Assembly (NCBI GenBank): GCA_026023565.1
Contig: JAPETS010000022.1
Location: 186,001-250,000, forward strand
Direction: 5' to 3'
DNA length: 64,000 nt
DNA from: Cirrosporium novae-zelandiae
Lineage: Eukaryota
Below the pieces are notes generated by a model. It saw only the letters and a program-made list of their open reading frames with translations, was not told where the DNA came from and did not search any database. Position numbers and translations under genes: made by a program. This document shows positions 24,841 to 36,799 of the stretch, one piece after another; position 1 is the stretch's first letter, and every line of letters starts with the position of its first letter.

Positions 24841-27800
24841 TCACTGCGGTTTTAAAGCTTTCCACCCACCCAACGCCTCCTTTTCTCCAGCAACATGATC
24901 CTCATCCATCAACCCCACATTTGTTGCTGCTCTTCTGGGCGGAAGCGGCGGCATCTCCTCTCTTTCTTCTCCACTCCCATTTCCTGGTCCCCCAGCTGTT
25001 GTTCCTCTTGCGCTTCCCCTTGGTGGTGGGACGGGAGGCGGAACTTCCTTTCTGGTTATGTGGTGAGATTGGGGCGATTGAATGGGTGCTGTGCTGCGAC
25101 GGGGAGGTGGTGGAAATTCTGGTTTATCGGAAATGTATGATGAGGTATTAATTGCGACGCCATTCCCGGATGGTGAGCCGGAACGCATGCTACCTGGCTT
25201 CGGCCGAACGCTCGGCGGTAGTAGTGTGTTTTCGGCAATTGACAATTGAGGCCTCGGTCCAGGCTTTGCAGGCAAAGAAATGGATGCTGATGCCCTACTC
25301 GTGACGCTCGGGCTTCGCGGGACCGAGGGACGGGTACTGGTGCTAGAGAGTGTTGACTGGCTTGTCTCTGAGCGGAGGACATCCGGCTTCTTGGGTTTAA
25401 TAGGGGGTGGCTTTCTGTGTAGTTCTGGAGCACCGCCAGTCGAGGACTGTGAGATAGTGTTTGGTAGTTGTCGGGATGAGGATGCAATACTAGGTGGAGG
25501 CTTAGAGGATGTCTTAGAGGATGTTGTTGAGAGAGCACTTGTACTGAGGCGGCTCTCGGATCGAAGGTTAGGAGAGGAGGAGACTTTGGACGGATGACTA
25601 GAAGTAGGAGGCCACGGTGGTGGTACTGCATGGCGGTATCCAGTTGGTGCCACACTCGTGGAAGTTGCCTGAGAAGTATTTGACTGGACAGAGCGGGCTG
25701 AAGAGGAACCTCTCGGCTTGGGAGGCGGGGGTGGAGTTTGTGATTTCGGGACCCAACTTGGTTCGCCCGTTTTAGAGAACGGGTTTGAAGGACGGAGTGG
25801 GTTGGGGGTCATGTTGGAATCTGGAGGATGAAGCTCTGAACGGGCAGGAAGACCATTGTCAAGCCACCATTTCCGTCGATCTGAACTTGCAGGCGGTAAC
25901 CCGGGCGCGATTGAATCGTACCCAATGAGGTCTTCGTCGTCTGTATCATCAGACTGCGCATTCGCAGTGCTATTCCCGACTTCAGCTCGTCGTTTCTTAT
26001 AAATTTCGTGACCCAGACGTTCTTTAATAACTTCGTCAATAACATTGACAACACACTCGAAGGTCGCGTATACAGGGCGATGATCCGAGAAAAGAAGAGG
26101 GGCGATACTATAATGTGTTTGGCGGAGATTGCTTCCTTTTTTGAGCACTCGGTCACACCATGCTGGGATGCGAGCCTTTTCAGACGTATCATATACCTCT
26201 GTTCCAATGTCATATTTATAAGTAGGTAAAAATGTGATGCGTCCCTCGGTATAAAACGGGAACGAAAGGCCCGCAACCATTTGAAGGTTGAGTTGATCAT
26301 TTTCATACAAAAAGTCTAGATCTCCGTTGATGATAGCTTTCCTCACCTTGTCATTGCCAAGCCCAATACGATAATTAAAGTCTCCTAACCAAATAATGGA
26401 GTCGTGATCCTCAATGGATCTGTTTTTCTGAAACCGGAGTCCGTGATTGATAGTCTGATAATCCCGATTTCTTTCTTCATAATTGGCAAATCCAGCTGCA
26501 AGATGAGCAGTGACAAAGCAGATGCGTGTGCTACAGTAATCCATGCGAATAGCTACCGCACCTTTGTTACCCGCCATTCCAGATAGTCCAGTCTACTTAT
26601 AATTAGTATTTAGATAAGCATCAACTGGAGTATAGACCTACCTTCTTAACACTCCCCTCCACATTCTTTAGGAAAGGAAGAACGCTCATCCTAACAAAGA
26701 TTAATAAAGCCGCTCCCACTAACTGTCCGCTGCGAAGCAGCACATATTCTTCAGCCCCATTTTGCTTTGCATTATTATTGAGCGTCCGTTTTACGGCTTC
26801 TTCCCATTTTAGTCGTCGACCAGGGTCCGTTGACATTATCTGCTGTGGACTCAACTCGACAATCTCCTGGAAACCCACCGCAACAATCTCTGGAAACTGT
26901 TGAGAAGAATGTAGCTTGGGGCAGATCCACGACGAGAGATCCTCAGCTATTCCTTCCGTTCGGCCATTGACATTGAAGGTTGCTACCAATATATTGATAG
27001 TTTTCGTTGTAGAATACTCCGAAGATCTAGAACATTGTAAGTAAACTCCAAAAAAACTTGCGGTCGAGGGGAGTAGGACCTCCGGTTCAATTCATTGACC
27101 ACAAAGTCATTAATAGGATCATAGAGGTCGACAGGAGCTTGACCGACGAGACGACCCTATTAAATTATTAGCGAATCACCCAATATTATTGCTTAGGCTC
27201 TTACAAGTAATAAATCCATGGTATTCTGCCTTTCTTTGTCCGCAAAGTTATTAATGTATAGTCGTGTCGCGCTCTTTCTTGCATCTGCAAGAGCCCCAGC
27301 AAGAGACATTTTGCCATGTCTTGTGAAAGAAGATTTAAGTGCTCCCGTCCCTGCATATATTATCGAAAGCGCCTAGAAGGTTTGTCAGTAAAGTATCTAG
27401 AAGGTTTCGGGGCTCATACATCTCCATTATCGGCCCAAAGACTTGAATGTCTTGCCCAAAAGTCTGAAGACCCTCGTACGCCTTGTCCCCCAAGGAACGA
27501 CTCAAGAGCCAATTGACTAAGGATTGTTTGAACGAGATTTGTCCTATTAATCCACGATTAGTATGGGATTCTCATTATTCTCATTATATCTTTAATCATC
27601 ATACCTGTCAAGGCAGTCCAAACAGTTTGTGCGGAAGGTTCCCTCTTGCTGTAAAACAACGGATTGATTAATGACTAGCCTACTGTCGTTTTCTTTGCCT
27701 GTCGGAAGATCTTGATTATCTTCTAACATGTAGTATCCAAAGGCATCAGCGAAGTTGGCAACCAAGTGCTTGACCATACTAGCAGCTTCATAGCCAGCTG

Positions 27801-29160
27801 GACCCTTGGTTTCAGCATTAAAGTCGTACTCCGTAGCCTGAAGTAACCGATGTTCAAAGGAGCTTCCCTTTTCCGGTGTACTGGAGAGAGGATTCTGACT
27901 AAGATGATATCGATATCTCCTTGTCAGTTCGGCCTCTTGTGGTCGTGACTCGCTCAATAGATTTAAGACATGTACTGCGCCATATTTGACCTCTAGGCTT
28001 TCAAAGTGCTTGTCAAAGGCTGGTTGAGTAGCTTCCGGAGATCGCGTAATTTGGGTTTTTTGTTGTCCGGGAATAAGACTGCTGGCCTGCTCCCAGAATA
28101 CTGGAACGGAACCCCTAACTTGGGCATAAGAGAAGCAAATTCCGGCTGGATTCCAGAACACAGTTTCCGTCTCGACAAAATTGGCAACATTTCCGTCATC
28201 GTCGATACCTCTTGCATTGAATCTGGTTCCGGCTCTTCGACATGAAAGTCTAGATATCAGTGTTAAGGTAGAGGGAAGCCCACTCCTACTATTTTTCAAT
28301 GGAGATATCGATGGCGGAATATTCAGCGTAAAAACATATCCACGAATCGTAGATGTCAGAATACATGATGCATCCAATGCCTTTCGCTCATGATCTGCTA
28401 GACGTGACCGAAATCTAAGCAGCGGATTAATCATATAAGAATTCCAGAGAAACCCATTATCTAAGCTATCAACATCAAAGGTAGCATTGTCATTGGACCT
28501 AAAAGTTGCTTAGTACTCTATCCAGTTACTCGGTCTTAGGATCATACCGGTTTTGCAAACGATTCGTAAGATCAAAATTTACGCTGTAGTAAAAGGTTCC
28601 GCCACTAAGAAGCTTTCTCAATGACGCACATGGATGTTCGCTTTCAGATTCTCTGATATCTCCACCAACACGGTCCAGCCTATCTGATGATGCATCATAC
28701 TCGGAATATACATCATCGAGCTGGACATAATCATAACTTGATCGGTTCAAGCAGTCTTGTGGCACATATTAGTTAAACACATCCTCCAGCAGGTAACCAA
28801 AAACATACAAAACTCAACACCGTGTATCCTTTGGGCAGTTTCTTTCGGCCTCACTGTAGCAACCTGTGAAGCACCTGTGACGACGCAAATAAAGACATCA
28901 TTATTGATTGTAACCAAACCCAGGGTACCATGTATTCCTAAATTTGTCAAGGGTCTATAACCCTCTAAATCTAGAGATGCCAGAGGGGAGAATTCGACCA
29001 TACAGCGAGGGGCTGCTCCTTCGCCCTCAGGAAATCGGGCTCGACCATTGTATCCCAAATCCGCGCTGGATGGGCTATGTCGAAATATTAAAGCATGAGA
29101 TTCTGTGACGAGTGCGATAGTTCTATGGGGATGATCTCGGAGAAGAATGCGGATAGACAT
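24841..29160 (-). CDS. Synaptojanin-like phosphoinositide phosphatase (Sac1 domain + 5-phosphatase + Pro-rich tail; Inp52/Inp53-like)
   Basis: RAGTRFNARGIDDDGNVANFVETE, RGSVPVFWEQ, RTNCLDCLDR, GFQEIVEL, GNKGAVAIR, WLGDFNYRI, PAWCDRVL, SDHRPV. Multiple introns. Confidence 0.95.
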
Positions 29161-29338
29161 GTTTCATCACCGACACTCCGAGAGCAACATAATATATTTT
29201 ACCTCTGCCCACAATCAAAATACAAGAGGGCCTAATCAGCCAATTAGGGGCGAGTATGAGAAGATAAAAATTGTATGCTTGAAAAAATAATTAATGTATG
29301 ATATTTGTTATCAAGTGAACTAAGATTTGTCTCAACAA

Positions 29339-29376
29339 GCTGCATGACAGATGGCTGGCTGCATGACAGGTGGCTG
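29339..29376. repeat. 19-bp tandem direct repeat (2 copies, 1 mismatch)
   Basis: GCTGCATGACAGATGGCTG followed by GCTGCATGACAGGTGGCTG. Confidence 0.85.
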
Positions 29377-29580
29377 ACTCGGAGTAATTGTAATCGAGTG
29401 GCTACATCTACCGAGTCCAAATTTAGTAATCAGCTTATTTTAAGCCTGAGGCATCAACTATCATTGCCCTAAAACATGAGTGGCTATTTCTATCTTCATC
29501 TTCATACATCAACAAGCCTTTGTGTTCTAACTCCACTAACATATTATCCGGCCAAAAGGTATCTTCAGAATATGGCAATG

Positions 29581-30183
29581 CTATGTAGCCATATCGTCTG
29601 TAGATAGCTTCTTAATTTTTGCCTTCATCACCAAGTCCATCTCTAAATTTGCCGTTTTGTAGACAGACTCTAGCTCAGATATCTTCTGCATGATATCCTT
29701 CTCGATCTCAAGCTTCTTCATAACCAAATTCGTCAATCTAGCTAGTTGGGTTTTGTGCGCCTGCATACTAAATGGCTTATTAGTAAATGCCTTTCATTAA
29801 ACTTGAATCTGGAGCCCAGGCCATCAACATTTTTGTTCAAAACTCACCTTGCGTCACTGGATGCTTTATTATGAGCTTGAACTTTCTTTCGAAGCCTAGC
29901 TAGGTGGTCGTTATATTCTTTCTTGATCTTATCACGGCGACCTTCTCGTCGAGCTCTTGTCTGAAGGATTACTTAGGATGTGGTTGCATTGAGGCATAGC
30001 ATGAAAAATATAGAAAGTATAGAAAGTATGATCTTTTACCTTTGATACCATGTCGTCCAGAAGCTTCATCATGGCTGATTGCTCTGATTCTTGAGACATT
30101 CGCTCCAGCTCAAGCGATATTTCTTCGCCTTCACTTTGCTCGTCAGGTACAACAGTCTTTTGCTGGACTTTCTTTCGAGGCAT
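29581..30183 (-). CDS. Small coiled-coil hypothetical protein (about 147 aa, 3 exons)
   Basis: Introns 30039-29961 and about 29847-29768 give MPRKK..DDMVSK-TRARREGRRDKIKKEYNDHLARLRKKVQAHNKASSDAS-MQAHKTQLARL..STDDMAT*. Confidence 0.72.
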
Positions 30184-30450
30184 ATTGATAAGTGCAATGA
30201 CTGATCACTATTCTCCCTAATGCTTAATAGAAATAATACTAATAACTTTGAATAGCTCTGCTTTGTGGGGGTAGATGGGAGAATGAAAATGGATGTGGAA
30301 CCTGCTCAATGGGACGTAAACTTAAGGTGTCTCGGCTAGACCTTGAAGTCTACCAACCGGTTTACCAAGAAGAAAAATGATAGTGCTGGATAACTTATAG
30401 CAGGGTATCCATTCTATCTAGAATTCTTGTTAAAATTCATACTCTAAATA

Positions 30451-31907
30451 TCATAGAGCAGCTTCTCTGGTCGATAACTCATTCACCGGTGCAATTGGTC
30501 TTCCGGTTTCGAAGAATGCTTTGATATTCTCCAAGCATTCCTTCTCTGCCTTTCCAAACGCCCCATCTGTCAAACCCCCCATATGTGGTTGTATCACACA
30601 ATTCTCGCTGTTCAAGAAGTATGGGTTGATATTAGGCTCTGTAGCAAAACAGTCCAGACCGGCACGTTTCACTTTTTCAGTCTTCAATGCTTCAATGAGC
30701 GCTTCCTCGTCTACTATAGCACCACGTGCTGTGTTCACAAAAAAGACTCCGTCTTTCATCTGAGAAAATTCTTTGTAGGAAATCATGTTCCTGGTTTCCG
30801 CAATAAGACGACAGTGGAGGGAAATGACATCGGAAATAGAAAGAAGCTCTGAGAGAGAGGAGCAATAGGTTGCGCCGTACTGTTTTTCGATATCTGGTGG
30901 ATATTGGGTTGGGTTATAATAATATATGCGCATGTTGAATGCGGCGGCTTTCCGAGCCACATCCTGTAAGTTGTCAGTGTGAGGACGCCTTATTATCTAG
31001 AAGTCGAAGCAATCAAGTTAAAGCTACTTGTATGTGCTTCTAAATCCCTTCCAGATACAATTCCTCCGTGTTGTATCTACTCCAAACTTGACTTGCAACA
31101 AACAGTAATAAAGAATTGAGATGTGTACCTTTCCAATTGAGCCCATACCAACAATTCCAAGTATCTTTCCGCCAGGATCAGTACTTGTTCGTAAATTAGT
31201 CCTCCAGAGCCCTTCCCGCGCGTTTTTCTCGGCTCTATATGTGTCTCTCAAGACCGCCAAAATCAAGAACCTAGGTAGACAGCAATTAGTATCACCTTCT
31301 ACCAAATCTGGTATATTTTACAGTAACCAAGCAGATCAAACCGATCAGAGGCGGACTTGGCCTAAAGACTTGACAGCTCGAGAACCCAAGGTGAAACGCG
31401 TTCCCCCATAAGGATCGGGGCCTGCCATGGACTCCAACATATCGAAGAACGTTCAGGAGAAGCAACAGTCTCGAGTCTTGGATAACTTGGCTTATCGCGA
31501 ATACAAAGGAAAGGGGTTGTTCACATTGCCATGTCTGCTGTAGCTTCAGATACCGCGCCCCGCGTGTTGCAAAACCACATCCCATTCTTTGTTAACCAAT
31601 CCACGTCAACTTTGTCAAACCCAGCACTGCTACTGGCGAGGATTTTGCAATGAGGAATCAAAGGCTGAAGAAACTCGGCATCAAATGGTGAGTAGGCACT
31701 ACTTCCCAATCGTGCCAGCAGAGCATCATAGGGACCAGACCAGGCAACCCTTTCAGCGACATCATGAACCGTCTGTTTACGGCTTGAAGGTACGACAACA
31801 TCAAGCAGAAATTGGGATTCAAAGGCTTTTATATATTCCTCGCCCACAAACGATGGATACCCCAAGGCAAGAACCTTGGGTTTTTGAACAGTCGAAACAG
31901 AAGACAT
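30451..31907 (-). CDS. D-isomer-specific 2-hydroxyacid dehydrogenase (glyoxylate reductase/D-mandelate dehydrogenase-like)
   Basis: SAGFDKVDV, EATADMAM-FLIL, LGIVGMGSIGK, SDVISLHC, VNTARGAIVDEEAL, AGLDCFATEP, QPHMGG. Introns 31524-31271 and 31128-30964. Confidence 0.92.
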
Positions 31908-32367
31908 GATGTGGTGCTGCTAGAAGTACAGGAACTATTGAAGTTGGTCCAAGGGAAATAATTTTCATGAGGGATGAAATATTTTCAAGAGCCACTATCG
32001 AAAATAGAAAACTTCTATCCTCCCTTTAAGTAGTCGTAGCATGCTCAAGCTGCCAAAAATTGCCTACCTAGAGAGGTACCCATTACTAATGCCTAAGGCA
32101 AACATGGAGCACTTTTCGGCCACTAACTACCTAGGTAATTAATACAAAATAGAAGTAGCTAATTCTTCAAATCAACTTCACCTTGTCCAATAGACCCAAG
32201 GTCAAGTAGTCAGTACATATTTTCTACTGTAATGGGGTCTTCGGACGCTAAATTTAAGCTCGGGATCTGATAAGCTGCTCTACTCCGCCGACTTCCCTCG
32301 TCTTGAATCTTGCGCTATTGAATTGTTCTCTAAATTCTCCAAATATTCCTTTCATTTTCTCTTCGGC

Positions 32368-32905
32368 ATGTCTGAGAATACGGATGAGTCTAAATCGTCA
32401 TGGGAAAAGGCCGAGTCTAAATTCAACCAGTGAACCTCAACCCAGCAATTCGTGAAATGCACCAAGACTAACAACTGCATAGAAAGAGATATAGCGAATA
32501 CTTTGATCCATGTCAGGAGGCCGCTGATCGAAGTCTGAAATGTTTGCGTCGGAATGGAGGCGACAGGGAGTTTTGTGGAGAATATTTTCAGTGAGCATGG
32601 CCTCGCCTTTGTTGCAACTAAGACTATAATGCGACTATGGCGGGAAAGTCTACAATAACTGGGGTTCAAGTCTTAGAATTGGGATCTCATTGCTGATACC
32701 TGAGATAGGGCATACCGGGATTGTAAAAAACAATGGGTGCGGCTCCATCTCGTCGAATCAACCAGACCTTCTATCACTGACGACCGGATAGATGAATGAG
32801 CGACGCAGAAGCTTTTTTGGGCTAAATAAAAAGTCTGATACCGACTCTACGTCAAAGTCGACCACGAGCGAGGGGGTATCGAACAAAGGTGCAAGCGCTT
32901 CATGA
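32368..32905 (+). CDS. COX23: Cytochrome c oxidase assembly factor Cox23 (twin CX9C)
   Basis: Not in the ORF track. Four exons (introns 32430-32482, 32591-32708, about 32737-32791) give ..[48 protein letters not shown]. Confidence 0.9.
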
Positions 32906-33465
32906 TCAATACCCTACCCAGACAGGTGAAATCATGGGACAACAAGATCAAGTTTACCTAACCATTGGAGGATACTTTGGCTCTTCCAGCTTTCAAGACT
33001 ATAACAGGCAATTGATATCAACGCAATGGGTCGGGATAGAAGCAAGAGAGGATATGGATAAAATACGATAAATCTCTTGATTGAGATGGTGTAAAAGTCC
33101 AGAGCGGCTCTATGTATTGTATCCGCTGTATTATAGATTTACATAATATCAATTAAAAGTCTACGATAAACTCCTACCGCGACCTTGATACGCAATAGTG
33201 CTCTGTACAGTTATGCCCGAGGTATTGATGACATACCTAGGCACGCTGGTCCCAAGATAAGTAGGTAGGACTCACGTGCCAGGTATAATTCACATATTTT
33301 TGTCAAGTGCAAACAAGGCAAATCACACGTCATAGTTTTAGGTATTTAACTTTGAGACGTAGTTTATTCGAGGTCTTTATTCTTTCCAACCAAGAACTCT
33401 TAAGGACACTCTACTTTCGAAAGTATAGCTAATTGAAATCTACTAATAAAGCGCAATTTCGCAAA

Positions 33466-34294
33466 ATGGCATCTCTAGATCCAGATGAGATTAAGATTCT
33501 CGAACAGACAAGACAGCGCCTAGTTCAGCTCACGAATTCGCTCGCATCGTTACAAGCAAACATTCTACAGAATGACCTTCTACCCCCATGGTGAGTATTT
33601 ATCTATGCGGTTTTCTAAGCCACCTCCGAGGCGTCAAACTTTGAATTAGGAGATCTAATATCAGTAAAGGTCTTCTATTCATACGCAGGCTTCTATAATT
33701 TCCCAAAACCTCAACAACCTCTCGTCACATATCAATGACAACCGGGACCTATTTGAATCCCTAGTCACATACCCTTTGCCAGAATTCCCAGGAAGAACTC
33801 AGGAGGGTCTCCTTACCCAACTCCTGCGTAAGAAGCTGGAGCCTGATGTTGAAGACTGGGAAAATCAAGGTCGAGAAACAGCTACCAAGACTACCAAGAA
33901 GAGTGACGGAAAACTATCTCTGGATGAACTGATGCCACTATGGCAAGAGGCGGGACGTATTGCGAATATGGAAGCAAAAAAAAGAAAATGGCCTTCTAAT
34001 TACACAAGGGAAGAACAAGAAATGGGAATTGAAAATGTTGTTACCGGTCTCAAACGCAAACTTCCATTTAATGATGATGAGGAAGAGGATGAATCATCAG
34101 AGGAAGAAGGGATTGACGAAGACGAAGATGAGGATCCTGATAGAATGGAGGTGGTGGGAATGCGCCGGAGATCTGGTGCAGCCGGGATAGAACTGGATGT
34201 GAAGCAAGCAAATCCACAGCCTCCTCGACAGCCAGCGCTAGCTCTCGAAGTAATTTTCAGGTTCCAGTTGACTGGTGCTGATCCAGGAAATTGA
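33466..34294 (+). CDS. MED8: Mediator complex subunit 8
   Basis: ILEQTRQRLVQLTNSLASLQ..LPPW-SSIH, YPLPEFPGRTQEGLLTQLLRKKLEPDVEDW. One intron at about 33591-33670. Confidence 0.9.
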
Positions 34295-34778
34295 GGACTT
34301 TCCATCTTTGATCGGTACAAAACTATGAAGCATGGTTATAAGAAAACCAATGATGAGGCTTTGATATGATTCATGGCTTAAGTCTTTTGCTGACACATCC
34401 GTTTTCGGTGAAACCTGTCACCAATTACGTTGGGAATGGAAACCACTTCTGGGTGAAGTTTCGCAGTCAAGATGCAGCTGAGCCCAAAGGATTACAAAAA
34501 ATTTCCTTATCCCTACCTCAATCCAGGTACGTAAGCAACATTGCAGCGACTCGGTTCCACCACGTTACACAAAGTCCTTCGTATAATCAATCCTTCAAGC
34601 CTTAGAGCTGACCTTTGTCTTACCTCAGCGCTCCAGATAGAAATTCTTTCAAAAAAAATAAATAGCGGGAAGTTTCCAACTGGAAATATCCAATAGGTTG
34701 AATTTTATCTTTTCTCGGCGTCCTAGCATATCATCTCCAAATAAGGTCCTTTCCACTAAATCTTCTACTAAATCCATC

Positions 34779-35813
34779 ATGGCCGAGGATAATACCATCA
34801 CCAAGCAATTTTCATATATGCCATCCCCGGGCATCTTGTTTTCGTCTGCCGATCCAACTACCAACAACAACGCCATCACAGAATATACGAACCAAAACCA
34901 AACCCTGACCCGGTCTCCCTCAAAAGGTCACCCCACTACCACTACCACCATCATCCAAACCCACGAACCAACCACCCCCTTAAACGACGCCAACGCCAAT
35001 CTCACAAATCCAAGTCCAAACCCCACTCCCACCACTACCGTGGATTACTTCCCCCTCCTCTCCCTCCCCCCCGAACTCCGCACCAAAATCTACACCTTCT
35101 ACTTCCACCTCCCCCCCATCCCTTCCATTTTCCCCTCCCGCCTAACAACTCACCCCCATCCACCCCTCCCCCTCCTCCTCACAAACCATCAAATCAACCA
35201 CGAAGCCTCCCACCTCCCTTTCACCACTTTCCATTTCACCTTCACCCCCATATTCTCCAGCAGCGTTCACCACGCACGGAGCTTTCTACATTCTTTGCTG
35301 CCTTGGCAAGTAAGTTGTATAAGGGCCGTTACGGTGAGGGTGGTTGTGATGAGGGATTTTTTGGGACGAGGGCATTTATGGGGGTGGGTTGATTTTTGTG
35401 GGGTGCTTGGTAAGGGGGGGGGGTTGAGGGAATTGGTGTTGGAACTTGAGTTTTATGATAATGAGGCGTTGAGCTTCGATGATGGCGAAGACGAAGATGA
35501 AGATGAAAGTCCCGCACCTGAATCTCCCGGATCCGCAACCACAGACGAAAACCTTCCTCCCAGCTGGTTATTCCTGGATTCTGCATGGATAGTACAGGGA
35601 CTATTACGGCTGAAATCTCTAACAAAACTTACGATTCAGCATAGGAACCCAAAAACCTTGAAAAGAATTCGGGAGGGGTTGGGGCCGGGTATTGAGGCCA
35701 AGATGCGTGAGCATGGGAATCAGTGTGAAGGGGTGGAGGTGAAGGTTGAGAATTCGTTGCTTGGCAGAGAAGGCGGAGAGGGAATTGGAATTGGAATTCG
35801 AATTCGAGATTGA
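34779..35813 (+). CDS. Hypothetical protein with an F-box-like motif
   Basis: FPLLSLPPELRTKIY..LLLTNHQINHEA..LRELVLEL..WIVQGLLRLKSLTKLTI. First ATG at 34779. Confidence 0.65.
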   Translation: MAEDNTITKQFSYMPSPGILFSSADPTTNNNAITEYTNQNQTLTRSPSKGHPTTTTTIIQTHEPTTPLNDANANLTNPSPNPTPTTTVDYFPLLSLPPELRTKIYTFYFHLPPIPSIFPSRLTTHPHPPLPLLLTNHQINHEASHLPFTTFHFTFTPIFSSSVHHARSFLHSLLPWQVSCIRAVTVRVVVMRDFLGRGHLWGWVDFCGVLGKGGGLRELVLELEFYDNEALSFDDGEDEDEDESPAPESPGSATTDENLPPSWLFLDSAWIVQGLLRLKSLTKLTIQHRNPKTLKRIREGLGPGIEAKMREHGNQCEGVEVKVENSLLGREGGEGIGIGIRIRD

Positions 35814-36028
35814 AGACGAAAATGAAAATGAATCTCCCATACCTTCACCCTCACCTTCCCCTATATCCTCACCCGAATCCTAAAACTTCCCCAGTTAGCT
35901 ATCCCTAGATTCTGCATGGATGGTACACGGACTACTAAATCTAAAATCCCTAACAAGACTTACGATTCACGATTCGGGTGAAGAACAAAAAGATATTGAA
36001 AAAGATTAGGGAGGGGTTGGGGTCGGAG
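35812..36028 (+). pseudogene. Degenerate tandem copy of the 3' part (35487-35689) of the preceding gene
   Basis: Shared blocks GAAGACGAA, GATTCTGCATGGAT, ACTTACGATTCA and GGGAGGGGTTGGGG in the same order; a TGG>TAG stop in the copy. Confidence 0.8.
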
Positions 36029-36799
36029 AAAAAGGGTAAAGGATGGGGGGGGTGAGGAGAGGTGATGGTGTGAGAGAGGGGGGGATGGATATACATACAT
36101 ATATTATCTATCCCTAGACTAAACTAAACTTCTAACAAGTGACAAGTCTTGTTTATAATACACCATATAGTACCTCTACTCCTATTCATATATATATATA
36201 CAGAAAGTACATCTCTACCTTGGCCTTTTCTTTTTGGCTTTTGGTTTTCCTGTTAACTTATATAGCAAACTCACAGCAAATCTAACTACTCACTCATTCA
36301 CTCTCCCTCTCCCTCTCTACACCCACCCCCCAAAAAAATAAAGGTACCCCCATACAGATAAACCAAACCAAACCAAAAACCAAAAAAAAAAAAACCTGGT
36401 AGATTTGGTATTAATGTTGGTGTTTGTGTTTAGTGTAGACCCCCTTCCTCTCCAAGTAAACAGATAATAAATACCCAGTCTCCCAAACAGATCTATTCCA
36501 ACCTCCCAATTTCCCTAAGGGGGACGGTAATTACCTAGGTGTCGTGACAGGTCTGCAGTCGTTTTATGGATTCGGGTTTTTTTTATACTTTGTATCTCAT
36601 CGACCGTCGAAATAAAGGATATATTTTCTATCCTCATCCCAACCCTCTCTCTCTTTCTCTCTCCCTCTGTCTACGGAGTTATCCATTAACCATTACCTAG
36701 TACACTCCCCCCTCCTTCCTTCTAAAAAAATCAACAAAAAAAAACCCAACCCCCTCCCCAAAAAGGAGAAAGTTTTTCTTAATTGGGGATTGGGATTAG

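Noticed and set aside
31325..31400. TPP riboswitch in dehydrogenase intron 1 (CTGATC..GC resemblance)
   Set aside because: No CTGAGA element and no UAAU-type L5 loop or GCGNAGG; the gene is not thiamine-related.
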